From Lophium mytilinum (Eukaryota): a DNA stretch of 64,000 nt. Shown here in pieces: positions 1 through 11,589 of the stretch. The notes beneath the pieces were generated by a model that was not told where the DNA came from, did no database searches, and saw only the letters and a list, made by a program, of their open reading frames with translations. Within the stretch, counting starts at the first letter, position 1, and every line of letters begins with the position of its first letter. The DNA lies in NCBI GenBank assembly GCA_010093605.1, contig MU004184.1, positions 1,064,801 to 1,128,800 of the forward strand. The letters run 5' to 3'. Made by a program: the position numbers and the translations under genes.

Positions 1-264
1 GCCGTGATGTGTGTTGGCGTAATTCTCCGCTTGACGCTCCATGGAAGCTAGGGTAATCTAACATACAAGGAAAGGAAGAAGGATATGGTACAGGTATTCG
101 TAAGAAATCGGGGAAAGGGTAAGGAGGGATGAAAAGAACAAAGACAGGGAAGAGTTAGGGTATCATGGAACGCCGGACAGAAGAATAAGGAGATATATGG
201 GGACATCCGTGGGTTTAAAGAAATAAGGGGACGAAGAAACAGGGTAAGGATGAACGCATGAGAC

Positions 265-741
265 CTAGGTCTCGGGCATGTTGAAATATGTTTTCACAAC
301 CCCCGCAGCCTTCGCCCGACGAACAGTCTCCGTTTGAGCCCACTGATATTCCTTGAGTTCTCTAGTGAGTTTTTTACACCCCCGCTCTTCAAGAGGAACG
401 CCAGGGTTCAATTTGTCAGTACATCCACACAACTTTCCCTTATCTTTTCCAGCGCATCCATGTTTCTGTATACCGCGCGAGGTCTCCTCCATATCAAGAT
501 TCAATGTTTCGAAGTCCTCGAGGTCGTCGCCGCATTCGTGTTCTTCGTTACTGCCGCGAGCCCAAGCTGTCCATTTCTTGCAGCGCCACACATGGTTTAC
601 CTGGACGCAATTACATTTGAAATGTATTTCATAGATCATGCATCTGTCGTCATATCGCTCCACCATGTAATGAGGGACGCATAAGTTGTCTACCTCTAAC
701 ACCTTGAAAGGTATGGGTGCAGGTGCGGTTGGTGGAGACAT
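265..741 (-). CDS. Orphan Cys-rich hypothetical protein (MSPPTAPAP..., ~158 aa)
   Basis: 3' part of ORF 265..1050. The ATG at 741 follows a C/A-rich leader and the product has many Cys/His residues. No family recognised; start uncertain. Confidence 0.45.
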   Translation of the reverse strand: MSPPTAPAPIPFKVLEVDNLCVPHYMVERYDDRCMIYEIHFKCNCVQVNHVWRCKKWTAWARGSNEEHECGDDLEDFETLNLDMEETSRGIQKHGCAGKDKGKLCGCTDKLNPGVPLEERGCKKLTRELKEYQWAQTETVRRAKAAGVVKTYFNMPET

Positions 742-1975
742 TGGATCTGCATTTTCAGTGAGATAAAGCTGTGATTCTCGTGAATAGTTTTGTTTCTTAC
801 AGGCGTTGGAGATGCTAGTTCTATGGTGTCGGTTGCAACTGTTGCCTTCGTAGAAGTAGGGAGCTGCGGGTGCGGTTGAGTTTGAGTTCGTCGGTAAAAA
901 TTTGGGTTCTCGTTGCCGTATTGTCGAGGATGGTAGACTGATAAGGAGGTTATTTCTACTATCGGAGCCTATCCTTATATACCCCATGGCCCTGTAGTAT
1001 GCTTTGGCCTCCATATGAGCTACATCATTGCTCGTGATCATCAGTTTCATCTTTGTTCCCTGTGATCAGTCCTCCAAAACGTGAACTGGTCGATGGGAGG
1101 CTGAGGCGAGGGTATCAACCAGCTTTTCAGCGTCAAAGAGTATTGTAAGATGCCAGCTCTCAGATTGGTAGATTAGAGTGTTGTCTAGTTCTATCCCGGT
1201 TTCATGACGGGTCACAGTACCCACTCAGAGGAAATGCGAAATGGTTGCTGGGAGGTCAAAGCGCGAATGATGACCGACCTTTAGAGTCCCGAAACACAAC
1301 TAAAGTATGTGACTCTTTGCAACAGTTTGACGTCTTCCCCCGTGATCTTGACAGAGACAATTTCGTTCGCTACGCTAAGTGCTGAATGGCGGAAGTGTTC
1401 AGTTGGAGGTCGGGGCGCGGATTTTGAGCGATTAAAAATAACCGAAACGCGTTGCGGGATTGCAATTTGCTTGCTATCCATGAATCGCACCCTTCTGATA
1501 GCCTCACTGAGGGACAGAGTGGTCGTATCGAGGCAGTGGTGGTTCAATGCTTCGTGGTTGGGCTGCGGGGCTGGAGTATGACACCCCCGATGACTCGAAA
1601 TATGGTAGAATCATCGGATATTGGGGCATTGGTCGGGTTTTAAATTGCCCACCGGTCAATCTTAGAGTTCTGATCATCATAAGGACCGCTTGTTAGGGGT
1701 TTTCAAATTGAAACCGTCATAGTCGTAGGCACAGCCAACGGAGACGTGAAGGTACGATATCAGAGCTTGTAGAATAGGGTATTTATCTATGGGCCAAGGA
1801 ACAAAACCCATTGGTCTGATACAAAGTAAGGAAATATAAGGAAATCTAAGATGAAAACCCATTTGGGCCAGCCAGTACCATCCAACCCGCCGCACTCCCT
1901 CTCGGTATAAGAAGTTTAAAAGACAGTGCAAGATAAGCACAGTAACCAAAGCCGAACCATAGAAGCCAGATATCC

Positions 1976-2001
1976 AAAAAAAAAAAAAAAAAAAAAAAAA
2001 A
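1976..2001. repeat. Poly(A)26 homopolymer
   Basis: 26 consecutive A on the + strand. Confidence 0.95.
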
Positions 2002-2122
2002 TAAGGTGCCCCGATCACTCAACGGACGCCCCTTTGCAGTAACCAAGCCCGCAATGTTCGAAATTTCGAACAGACATGCCTGAACCATGTACCACGAAGA
2101 AACCCCTCAGTAGTCAAACCGC

Positions 2123-2482
2123 TTACTGATCTATCAATTTCCGTTGTTCTTCTTCAATCATCTCTGGGATAGCCACATTCAAATGACGGCCCAATGAATC
2201 TAGTTTACACAACTGCTCGACCACCTCCCCCCAACGCTTCATGATGGCATCTTCCTTCGGAGGACTCGCCCGGGGAGTGTTAGAGTTCATGTCTGCCTCC
2301 CGTTTTCTCTCTAAAAAGAGTTCGCTCTTAACAGCGCTCTCAGCAGAACAGAGTAGTGATATTACTCTCTTTGCATCATTCATGACCCGATTTTTAACTT
2401 TGTCAGGGAGGGGCGTTTTAATGTCTTTGGTCTCATCCATGAAACGGCCGTAGGCTTTGCTTGCTTCGGATTCGCCGGCCAT
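2123..2482 (-). CDS. Orphan helical/coiled-coil protein (MAGESEASK...)
   Basis: ATG at 2482 is preceded by a canonical 5'UTR intron (GTAAGC...CTAAC...CAG, ~2545-2495) and TATAAA at 2739. The stop overlaps a possible GTAAGC donor, so the C-terminus may extend. Confidence 0.55.
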   Translation of the reverse strand: MAGESEASKAYGRFMDETKDIKTPLPDKVKNRVMNDAKRVISLLCSAESAVKSELFLERKREADMNSNTPRASPPKEDAIMKRWGEVVEQLCKLDSLGRHLNVAIPEMIEEEQRKLIDQ

Positions 2483-2733
2483 TACGGAAGACGTCTGCAA
2501 ACTTTGTTAGAGATCGCGCTCTGAGAAGGCGGGAGATGAGCTTACGGTTGTAGAAACAGGGTGGGATCTAAAGACCAAAGAAGGTAGTTAATTCCTACAG
2601 TAAAAGGAGTCCTGAGGACTTCTAGCTTTAGACAGAGTAGTAGCGTGGTTGTGGAAAGAGATTAAAGCTGTGGGAAGTGGCTGAAATTCGGCTTGGAGTT
2701 GATGAAGGAAGAAAACCGTGTGGAATTCGGCAA

Positions 2734-2756
2734 TTTATATCCTAAAGCCCAGTCAT
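2734..2756 (-). promoter_or_regulatory. ATGACTG-N10-TATAAA promoter module (also at ~4236-4258, ~5014-5036, ~6706-6728)
   Basis: The same motif with identical 17-nt offset to TATA lies upstream of four consecutive minus-strand orphan genes. Confidence 0.6.
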
Positions 2757-3229
2757 ACTGTGTAATGACTGTTCGCAAGATGTACCTGTCTCACAGCCTG
2801 ACTGTTTCATGCTTATCGTGCATGTGGCTTTTCTCTAGACATGACTGCTTCCTAGATATGACGACCAGTGCGGAGGCGAAAGCGAGGAGTGGCAAAGGAC
2901 TGTTTGAAGGCACGCACTAATAACAATATCAGCACTCATAGTTCAGTCATATTATGAGGTCAAGATCGACCAGTCTAGTATACTAAGTAGCAAGAGACAC
3001 GTATCTAGAATACTAAGAAGAGACAACAAGTAAACCGCCGGGGGCATCCCCATCCCCTCCCCAGCTCTATAGACATCTAGAAGAAGCCCTCTTAACTAAA
3101 ATGTTCAAAAAAGAAAGTCTATCAAATTCCCCGCTAAAAGCGCTTTCGCACAGAACTAATCGCTAAGCTGGGTAGGCAGCCACATTGGAATAGCGGCGTA
3201 TCTCTTGCTGCTCTTGCCTCTCGCTCTAC

Positions 3230-4117
3230 TTATTTGCTGAGAGTGAAGATCTCTCGGAAACGTGAACGAGGCATAGACGTTATGCGGTCCTCATACTCTT
3301 CAAACTGGGATATCTCCTCCTTGACTGCGTTCAATTGTGCTCCCCCATACGCAAGCCTTCCTGCTTCTCCGGGTGGTCGCTCGGAAACTCTGCCAGGCGC
3401 TCCAGTTCTCTTTCAAGATGAGCCTTTAGAATCTCGAGGTATTCGGACGTCTTATGTGCCAGAGGCTCGAATCGCTCCTTCATCTTGTCGCTATTTCGAG
3501 GCCGTGGTGTTGATAGTTCTCTCATAAAAACTTGGACTTCCTTGAAACCTTCCAATTCTTGGACAATGTGGTCGATGATTTTTTCCATCTTCCCAGTCAT
3601 CCTCGCAAGCTCAGGCTCAACTCTTTCCATTTCCTCGGTCCCTCTCCCCTTTGCTCATGTCCACCATTAAGGCCTACTCATATCCTCTTAACCGCAAGTT
3701 CTCCCTTATCTTCTCCCACGCGAGCTTATCATACATATGAAACTCCTCCTGGCCGGCTTTGATTACCGCAAGCACGTCATTATATTCTTCCAGGTAAGCG
3801 TCGCATTTCTCGGTTACTTGGTATAAAGATAGCTTCTTAATCGATGGGCGCGACCAAAGCGCGAAAAGCGTCTTCTTGGGGCGGGTAGTGGAAAGGTTTA
3901 CATATAGAAATTGGGGCTTTGCTACGATAGAACTGCGGCAGGTGGGCGAAGTTGGCGATGGTTCGGTCTTCCTAGATGCCGGAGCACTGGACTGGATTGA
4001 GGGACATGGTGGCGGTGGTAAGAGAAGGGGGTCGGTCGGTTGGGTTTGCTTGGGCATTGTTGAATGCTCGAGAGTCAAAGGTGCTCTGAGAAACTTCCGT
4101 GGTAGATGTTTGATCAT
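3230..4117 (-). pseudogene. Orphan coiled-coil gene, apparently broken by two frameshifts
   Basis: ORF 3674..4117, ORF 3331..3630 and a third frame (QLNAVKEEISQFEEYEDR..., stop at 3230) are consecutive E/K-rich helical segments. I found no canonical intron that restores the frame. Confidence 0.45.
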
Positions 4118-4291
4118 TTGACAATAAGATATGATGAAAGATAGGTTCTTAGAGACGAAACCCTACTTGGTCGTTGTAGAAGATTTTAGGAAAGTGGCTG
4201 AAAGAGAGAGGAAGAACTGAATAACAGAAGAACAGTTTATACACCACTGCCCAGTCATCTCCCCTTGCTATGAGTACTTCATACGCATTAC

Positions 4292-4789
4292 TTAGGGCCT
4301 CAGCACAGGCTCCCCTCTCATCATCTCAACCTTTGCCTCTATTTCCTTCCTTGACGCCACCACCGGATCCAGCTTTCTAAATTCCACCAACATCCGCTCT
4401 CTTAGCTTATATACATCCGTCCTCAATCTGTGTTTTTCCTCCTTCGATATTTCCTTTCCTTCCTTCCTAATGCCCATGAGCTCGCTGAAGCCAACGGTGC
4501 TGCTAGGCTTCTTCTTTTCGATCTCCTTCTCCTTTACTTGATCGCTGCACTTGAAAATCTCACTCCAACGCGCCTCTTCGTAGAAGATGCACGCCTCGTA
4601 CTCCTTTTTGAGCACCTTAATCTCCGAGACCCGCTGGTCGCAGACAAAAGTCTCTTTTTCGAGGAGAGCGAGCTCCCGTGGATCATGTGTTGCAAGGGCG
4701 TTACTTCGCAATGCGTCACTCTTCTTGGTATATAAAGAGATCAGGCCCATCAGTTCCTCGAGGATAACTTGGGTCCAAGGGAATGGCAT
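4292..4789 (-). CDS. Orphan coiled-coil protein, 165 aa
   Basis: Intact ATG-to-stop ORF, E/K-rich, with the upstream TATA module. Confidence 0.6.
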   Translation of the reverse strand: MPFPWTQVILEELMGLISLYTKKSDALRSNALATHDPRELALLEKETFVCDQRVSEIKVLKKEYEACIFYEEARWSEIFKCSDQVKEKEIEKKKPSSTVGFSELMGIRKEGKEISKEEKHRLRTDVYKLRERMLVEFRKLDPVVASRKEIEAKVEMMRGEPVLRP

Positions 4790-5922
4790 GGTGTGGGGAT
4801 GAGAGTGGAAGAACGTTGGTTGGGTAATGAGATTGACACTCGACGATGGAGGAAGAGAATCTGGGGGTGTTCTGGGAGTGCTGATTCTTCGGTTCGCTGT
4901 GGAGAAATGATTCGATGAGTGGAGGATTCTCGTGAAGGATACTTTGATTAGAGTATCTGTAGAGGACTTTGGGGAGGGGATGAAAGAGAAAGAAATGTAT
5001 CTAAGAATGGGAATTTATATAATGTTACCCACTCATACTCCCCGGGGCGTACTGTGACCAGTCCTCAGCAATGACTCTGATCAATGCCATGTCACTGCCA
5101 AACCTTAGAGTCACCACGACCCATATCCGCTCACCCCTCCCCCTCAATCGTGCTCAACCCTCCACAGTCATTCTTCCCTTCGTCGCACTCCCCATTTTTT
5201 CCCCTTTACCACTCCCACTTTCGTCAGCTCAATCTCCCTCCCACCACTCCCTAGCCGATTTCAACTCCCAGATACCGAACTGCCCCCTCCCCACCCGCAT
5301 CGCCTCCTTCTGCCCTCCTCTCACTTTCTTCCACACGCCTCAACCCCTCCTCTTCTCACTCATACCCCTAAACATGTCCGCCAGCCTAATCCAGAGTTCA
5401 CAACTCTTCTCGCGCGTCCGCATCAGCCCCTCGCGCTCCGCGATATTCCCTATCGGACGCATTGCGCATAGGTGTATGCAGGTAGCATTAACGAGGCAGC
5501 GAGAGATCCCACGCATTCGGGTGGTGGGGAGGACGGCAGGCAGGTGAGATTGGCGAGGGCTTGTTGCGCGGTAGTGGCATGTTTGGAGGGGATTCGGACA
5601 TTGCGGTGGTGGAATGTGAGCTGGTCCGAAGATTTGGAGGTTCTTCGCGCGTGTTACAGAGTTGACATTTAGGTCACTGTGAGGAAAAGATCTGATGGGG
5701 TTGGGTTCTGGGAAGGAGACTCAATAAGGTGTTGGACAAGGAAAAAATACATAAGAGACAGGAATCTATACACCTCAGCCTGCTTATGCTCACCCCCGGG
5801 TTTGTAACGACTGCGTCTCGACCATGGCGCTATTCAACGCCATGCCGATTATAGACCCTGGGGTTACTAGAACTCCGCTGCCTCGATGCTCTCCATCCCT
5901 CCACAGTCGCCCTTCCGACCAC

Positions 5923-6486
5923 TCAATTGTCCATTCCGTTCACCTGCGCTAGCAAGTCCTTCTCCCGCATCTCCTCGCTCTCACGAACCTTCTCACGAAA
6001 CTTAGTGTCCAACCTCTTCACAGCCCCTAACTTTTCGTCCTTCAGTTCAGTCAACTCGCTAATATCTTTTTCTAGCCTCTCAAGCAACTCCGCTCGATCC
6101 CCAGCCCTATCCTCATCCTCTACCAGGTAGATCATCTTCAGAGCTACGCTCCAGGCAAGTTCTTCCCACTCCTGGAAATGCTTCTTGTCAGAGACGACGG
6201 CTTCCTCATAATCCTTCTTGAGTTCCAAGAGGACCGGAGCTCGGGTAGAGTGGATGAGGGCCTCTCTGATATAGACACTGCCTTTCGGTTTGTTGAAATT
6301 CAGGCAGGTGAGGTTCCTATATTCGCGCTCTTTCGTGGCGTGGAAGGTTACTAGGTGGCCGAGGTTGTCGATGTAGGCTTGGTCGGGGCGGAGGAATTCA
6401 AGCTTGAGGGCGTCCCTTTCCGGGAAGAAAGCCATTAGGTTGACGAAGGCGGCGAGGTAGGCTTGGTCGTCCGAGTCGGGCAGCAT
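5923..6486 (-). CDS. Orphan coiled-coil protein, 187 aa
   Basis: Intact ORF with strong ACCACCATG context. LKKDYE resembles LKKEYE in the 4292..4789 product. Confidence 0.65.
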   Translation of the reverse strand: MLPDSDDQAYLAAFVNLMAFFPERDALKLEFLRPDQAYIDNLGHLVTFHATKEREYRNLTCLNFNKPKGSVYIREALIHSTRAPVLLELKKDYEEAVVSDKKHFQEWEELAWSVALKMIYLVEDEDRAGDRAELLERLEKDISELTELKDEKLGAVKRLDTKFREKVRESEEMREKDLLAQVNGMDN

Positions 6487-7098
6487 GGTGGTGGTGGTGT
6501 GGGGTGGAGCTGGTTCGTCTATGTGTGTCTGGTTTGAGGAAGAGGATCTGAACGCGCCGGGAGAAGTGTGGATTGTTGATGTATGGTCGTTGTGGAAGGA
6601 TTTTGTTACGAGTCTTTTCTGGCTTTGAATCGTTGGTATTTGTTCGTTGTGGAAAAATGGTCTTGAGTTGATGATGGATGAAGGGAGGAGGTTTAGGAGC
6701 AGGAAGATATACTCGAGGCTGCAGTCATGTCGAGCATCGTGACTGCCTTATTTCCTGGATGAGTTTTGAGAAGCCGCGAGGCTATGACCGTATAAAATGA
6801 GCGCTAGAGGGGAGGGAGTCGAGATGTTGGAAGGAAGCCGTAACATAGGAAACGTGTACTCCGATCGAAGGAAGTCATAGAAGATTGACTCAAGAACAAA
6901 AATGATGATAATACATATATAGTACAAATTACAACGATACTAACAGCATCACACAACGCGAAATAAGCACACGTATCCACCATACCCATGAAAACCAGCC
7001 CAATGCACCATCCGCAGAGACCAGCTCTGCACCTGGGTATCACAAGTAGCAAAACCCAAACTGCCAGTCCAAATATGCGATTATCCAAACACCTTCGT

Positions 7099-7413
7099 TC
7101 AATGCTTCCCCTTCTCCCGCGACCGTTCTCTTGTCGCTGGAATTTTGTATCCCGGCATCGTCACTAGCAAGTAGCTGCTTCGACCCTTCGCGCCATAATT
7201 CCAGCCTGATTTATCGAGTCCCCCTCGTATCCGCGAGTTGGAGCTCTTCCGACTATCCGAGGACCGCGTTGAACGCTTGCTTGGTGACGGCGATGAGGGT
7301 TCGGGTATGAGAGGGTCTTGAAGCCTGTGCTCTCTGTGATGACGGAGCGAAGAGGCCTTCAACGAGTGCTTGTCCGCATTGGAAGCGGCGCTGTGGGATG
7401 GCGACTGGCCCAT
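7099..7413 (-). CDS. Small basic Ser/Arg-rich protein with putative N-myristoylation motif (MGQSPS)
   Basis: ATG at 7413 in ACAATGG context; MGxxxS motif; 104 aa. Confidence 0.55.
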   Translation of the reverse strand: MGQSPSHSAASNADKHSLKASSLRHHREHRLQDPLIPEPSSPSPSKRSTRSSDSRKSSNSRIRGGLDKSGWNYGAKGRSSYLLVTMPGYKIPATRERSREKGKH

Positions 7414-8252
7414 TGTGTATGCTTGTGGTATGCGATGATGCGACGATAGGTGTTGCAAGTAGTTTGCGCTTCGTAGTGGCGATAGGAGTCTGTAGGGGTC
7501 GCGCGGCGCAAAGAGGTCCGAGGGTTCTTTTGGGTAACAATAACGAAGGGAATGCGATATGATTACAGTTGTAGTATTAAAGGGAGTTCCTGGGAGTGAA
7601 TTTGGTTGTAGAGAAGTAAGTTGTAAGGTGGTGAGATTCCTTCGAAGGTAGGGAATGCGTATGTGGCAACTTTGGAAATATCGAGAGCGCGGACGGTAAT
7701 CTCCCAACTCCTTTACCCGTTCTCGCCTCCGACCGCGGCTTGGAATTCCGGAAATGTCTTAAATCAATACAAGCCGTCCGAAAGATTTCGCACGAAGTTA
7801 GCAGAGTGTGATCGCGATGAATACTTGAATGAGCAGACTTGTTCGTGGTGATAGTTGATGGTTGTGCTTCCGCGCGTCTCCGAGACTACTCGATCATTCT
7901 AGAAGACTCTGCTACTAACATACCTGAGTCGTGTCCTCAAAGGAACCACTGTCTACGAATATTACGACTGTAGGAGAGGCTGAGTCCCACTGCTCGCGAC
8001 ATCGAGGCGGTGTTTGTAGGCTCCGTCTACCGATGTCCGTTGCGGAAGTCATCGCGAGATCCAAACTCCGCCACCGGGCAGAGGTTTCAGTCCTACGAGG
8101 GATCAAGAAAATGTATAGATTCTAGTACAGAAATGTACATTGCTCGTCCGTTGAGGCTGGGGGCTGACGAGAGAAGGCTATGCGTTTGCGCTGGTGGCTG
8201 AGAGGAGGTGAGGATGCTGATCCACAATGCTTTCCGTGAGGGGGGTTTGAGG

Positions 8253-8446
8253 CACGTGATCATAAAAAAGATCACAGCCTTTTCAGAAACAGTATGCGTG
8301 AAGCATTTGAGCTATGAGCCTCAGACGATGCAGTCTGTACAGACTTCTCAAAGCCATCTTATCTTCCCCCGGGGATGGAGTGTAGTAGGCACGTGACGGA
8401 ACGATGGCTGGGGCCCCCCCCAGTCTAGCCCTAAGCCCGATATAAA
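8253..8446 (+). promoter_or_regulatory. YTM1 promoter: two CACGTG E-boxes, AGCCCTAA motif, TATAAA
   Basis: CACGTG at 8253 and 8390, AGCCCTAA at 8427-8434, TATAAA at 8441. These resemble Cbf1- and Tbf1-type sites known from fungal ribosome regulons. Confidence 0.45.
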
Positions 8447-8522
8447 CTTTTGCGACAGAGCTTCCAAAAAGTATGAGACGAATAAAACTCAACACCAAGA
8501 CCGCAATACACTCTCTACAGCC

Positions 8523-10075
8523 ATGGCAGACACCGAAATGGGCGACGCCCCAGATGTCCAGTCGAAAGTGCAGATCCGACTTACCACACGGCATTCCGAC
8601 ATAGAATTGCCTGAAGATCCCGGTGTTCTTCTCGTCTCTACCAGTTTGTGCACCCCGCCAAAAACTTCAATTCACACAGCAAGATGAGTACTAACATGAT
8701 ATAAGACCTCCGCCGATATGCTCTCTCTTCCCTCGTGAACAACCTCCTCAACACTGCCCACCCAATCCCCTTCGAATTTCTCATAAACGGCCAATTCCTC
8801 CGCACTACCATCGACGAGTTCCTCACAGCAAACGGCATATCCGCCGAAACCACTCTCAACGTTGAATACACACGTGCCCTAATACCCCCACTACATGTCG
8901 CGTCTTTCGAACACGACGACTGGGTGTCTGATGTAGACATACTCTCCGCAACTTCAAAAGCAGGAAAATGGGGTGGCAGCAGCAGCATACCGTCCGGCCA
9001 GGAGCGGATACTATCAGCCAGCTATGACGGCCTACTACGGGTGCTCGACATGTCTGGCGAGCTTATACTCGTATCAGACCAGCCCAACAATGGTGGCCGC
9101 ATCAGCTCTCTCAAAACAGCCAAATTTCTCTCGCCCTCTAAAATCGTATCGGGAGGCCTCGATATGACCGTCCGCGTATGGAACTACTTCGAGTCCCCAT
9201 CAGAAGGAAGGACTGGCCTAACCCCAGCCCTCGAGCTATACGGCCACAGACTCGGCGTCGAGTCCCTCGCCGTGCACGCCCCCTCCTCCCGCATCCTCTC
9301 CGCCTCTAGCGACACTACTATTAACTTCTGGAGCTCGAAAGCCTCAGACGCGCCCTCTGCACCCGCAGCCCTCCTCCCAAACTCCACCGCTGCCTCCGCA
9401 AAACGCCTCAAGCTCTCAAAACCCGCGAATTTGAAAACAGTCGCCCAGCGCGGTCCCCTAGCTACGTTAGCCGGACACACGGCACCTGTCTCTTCAGTGA
9501 TATTTGCACCAAACGATGCGACGGTGGCGTACTCAGGCTCTCACGACCACACCCTGCGAACATGGGACCTTCCTACTTCTACATTAGTAGACACCCGCAC
9601 GACATCGCATAGTCTCATGTCCCTCGCCGCCCTACCCACCCTCAACCTGGTAGCAGCCGGCACATCAGCACGACACGTCACTCTCATCGACCCGCGGGCG
9701 TCTGCAAAGACTATCGCAGCTCTTACGCTCCGCGGCCATACGAACGCCGTCGTGAGTCTAGCTGTCGATCCAGAGAGTGCGTACGGGCTCGTGAGCGGGA
9801 GCCACGACGGTACGTGTCGGATCTGGGATGTGCGGAGCGTGAAGACCACTGCTGGGGATGCGGGAGGTGTTGGCGGGCAGGTGGGAGAGAGTGCGTATCG
9901 GATTGAGCGGGAGAGCGCAGAGGGGAAGAAAGTGCCGAGTTCTGGTGAGGGGGTTAAGGTATTTGGGGTTGCATGGGAAAAAGAAGTGGGCATTGTGAGC
10001 GCAGGGGAGGATAAACAGGTGCAGATAAATAAAGGGAGCGGCGGGAGTGCGAGCAGTAGTGGCGGACATGCTTGA
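8523..10075 (+). CDS. YTM1: Ribosome biogenesis protein Ytm1/WDR12 (NLE/UBL domain + WD40)
   Basis: Exons 8523-8643 and 8706-10075. Motifs LRRYALSSLVN, PFEFLINGQFLRT, HDDWVS, and WD40 repeats. Confidence 0.95.
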
Positions 10076-10327
10076 TTTTGATGGGTGATATCTAGATACC
10101 AATCGGGAGTAACTCAAAATCAAACGCTGACCTTGTCTAAGATGACTCTTCTGAAGCCTGGGTATCTTCTTCTCCTAACTAGCTCGTGAGCCATGCTCGT
10201 TGGGCTATCGTCTCTTTTCTTCCTCTAAAATCCCTTTGCCTTCAAATGGTATCGGTGCCTCAGACTCTCTTCCCCCGGTTTTGCCCCATAATATCGAATT
10301 ATTCCCAATTCATGTATTCTGCACCCT

Positions 10328-10859
10328 TCACACCAAATGACTCGGCAGCAAAAAATTCGCTATGCCCTCCTTAACCGCATACTCATGCCCACAACTCCCA
10401 CACACCAGCTTCCCCTCTCTGATCGTCGTCTCCAGCAGCACATGATGCAAATCCTTCAGCGTCTGTGTCGGCTCGCCCTCCTCCCCTACCTCCTCTATCC
10501 CCTCTCCCTCTACTCCATCCGACGGATTGGGCGTGAACAGCTCCCCAGGTTCAGGCGCGGTCGCGGGTAGCTGTGGTAGGCCCAACTATACACAGAGAGA
10601 AGTCAGCATTGGACCTGGGTGGGAGGGCGGGACCTCCTCTGGGACTGGGTAAATCTCCCCCGGGACTACTTACGTCCTGACACAGCGTCCTCAACGCCTC
10701 CCACTCAACCCGTGGTAGTATGTTCCTCACAAACAGCGGCGATAGCTCCACCTCTACGATCTCGAGCTCCGCGTCTTTCGGGTGCAGGGGGAAGGCGGCG
10801 TTAGTGGCTTTGCAGGCTTTGCGGGCGCAGGTGAGGAAGTTGAGGGTGAGGAGTTTCAT
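10328..10859 (-). CDS. TRM112: Methyltransferase activator Trm112
   Basis: Exons 10859-10674 and 10585-10328. MKLLTLNFLTC...EGKLVCGSCGHEYAVKEGIANFLLP. Confidence 0.95.
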
Positions 10860-11589
10860 TTTATATTTGCAAAGGCTGGTTTCGTGGTTTGGTTTCGGGG
10901 GAGCCGGGAGGGTGGTAAGATCGGTTAAAACCGTTGAAAACAGTAATTTGGGGAGTGAGGTGGATTGGGTAGTAAATAGATTGAGTGTATTGGGGGAGGG
11001 GTGGTACCTAGGTAATTCACGATGGCGGGGGCGCTGCGATTTTTTTGGTGTGGCTTTCCCGCGTGGCGGTGCGTGAAAGCTTGTTTCCCCGCGTTGCGCT
11101 AGGCTGGATATGGAGGGGGAAGTTGTTTATTTTCACGACTCGGGAGTGAGGACATCGGGTCATAGGTTCAGTAGTGAGAGGTGATGGTTTGCAGATCGAT
11201 CATGATGGAAACTCTGTACGTAAAGTAGCTCACAGATCCCTAGCTCTGAATAAATTGATGTCAGAACAGGATTGTTTAGTGAGTGTAGCGATGGAAATTA
11301 TGGTCTGTAAGAGCCAGATCACAAACATGAAGTAGTTGTAGTAGAACAAACCGAAAGAGTATGATTGACGTCCGACGCTTCCTTTTATACAGCGCACAAT
11401 CCCACCCCGAAAATGCCCAATGCCAGCTCAATCTACTGTGACAAGACCCTTCACGAACGTCATCCCCAAAATGCACACCTCCAACGCAAGTTTGGAACGA
11501 TAATTACACACATACACTACAGGTACAAACCTGTCTTACTCAAACGCCTTGAAATGCCATTTCGACGCTTCACACATTCACTCCCTCGC

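Noticed and set aside
3674..3676. TAG read-through or A-to-I stop editing joining the two ORFs
   Set aside because: The same frame meets TGA 13 codons later, and the downstream ORF is in another frame.
5071..5700. Additional array gene or the 158-aa + strand ORF
   Set aside because: The minus strand has a gene-like C-to-G gradient but multiple stops; the plus ORF is low-complexity. At most a relic.
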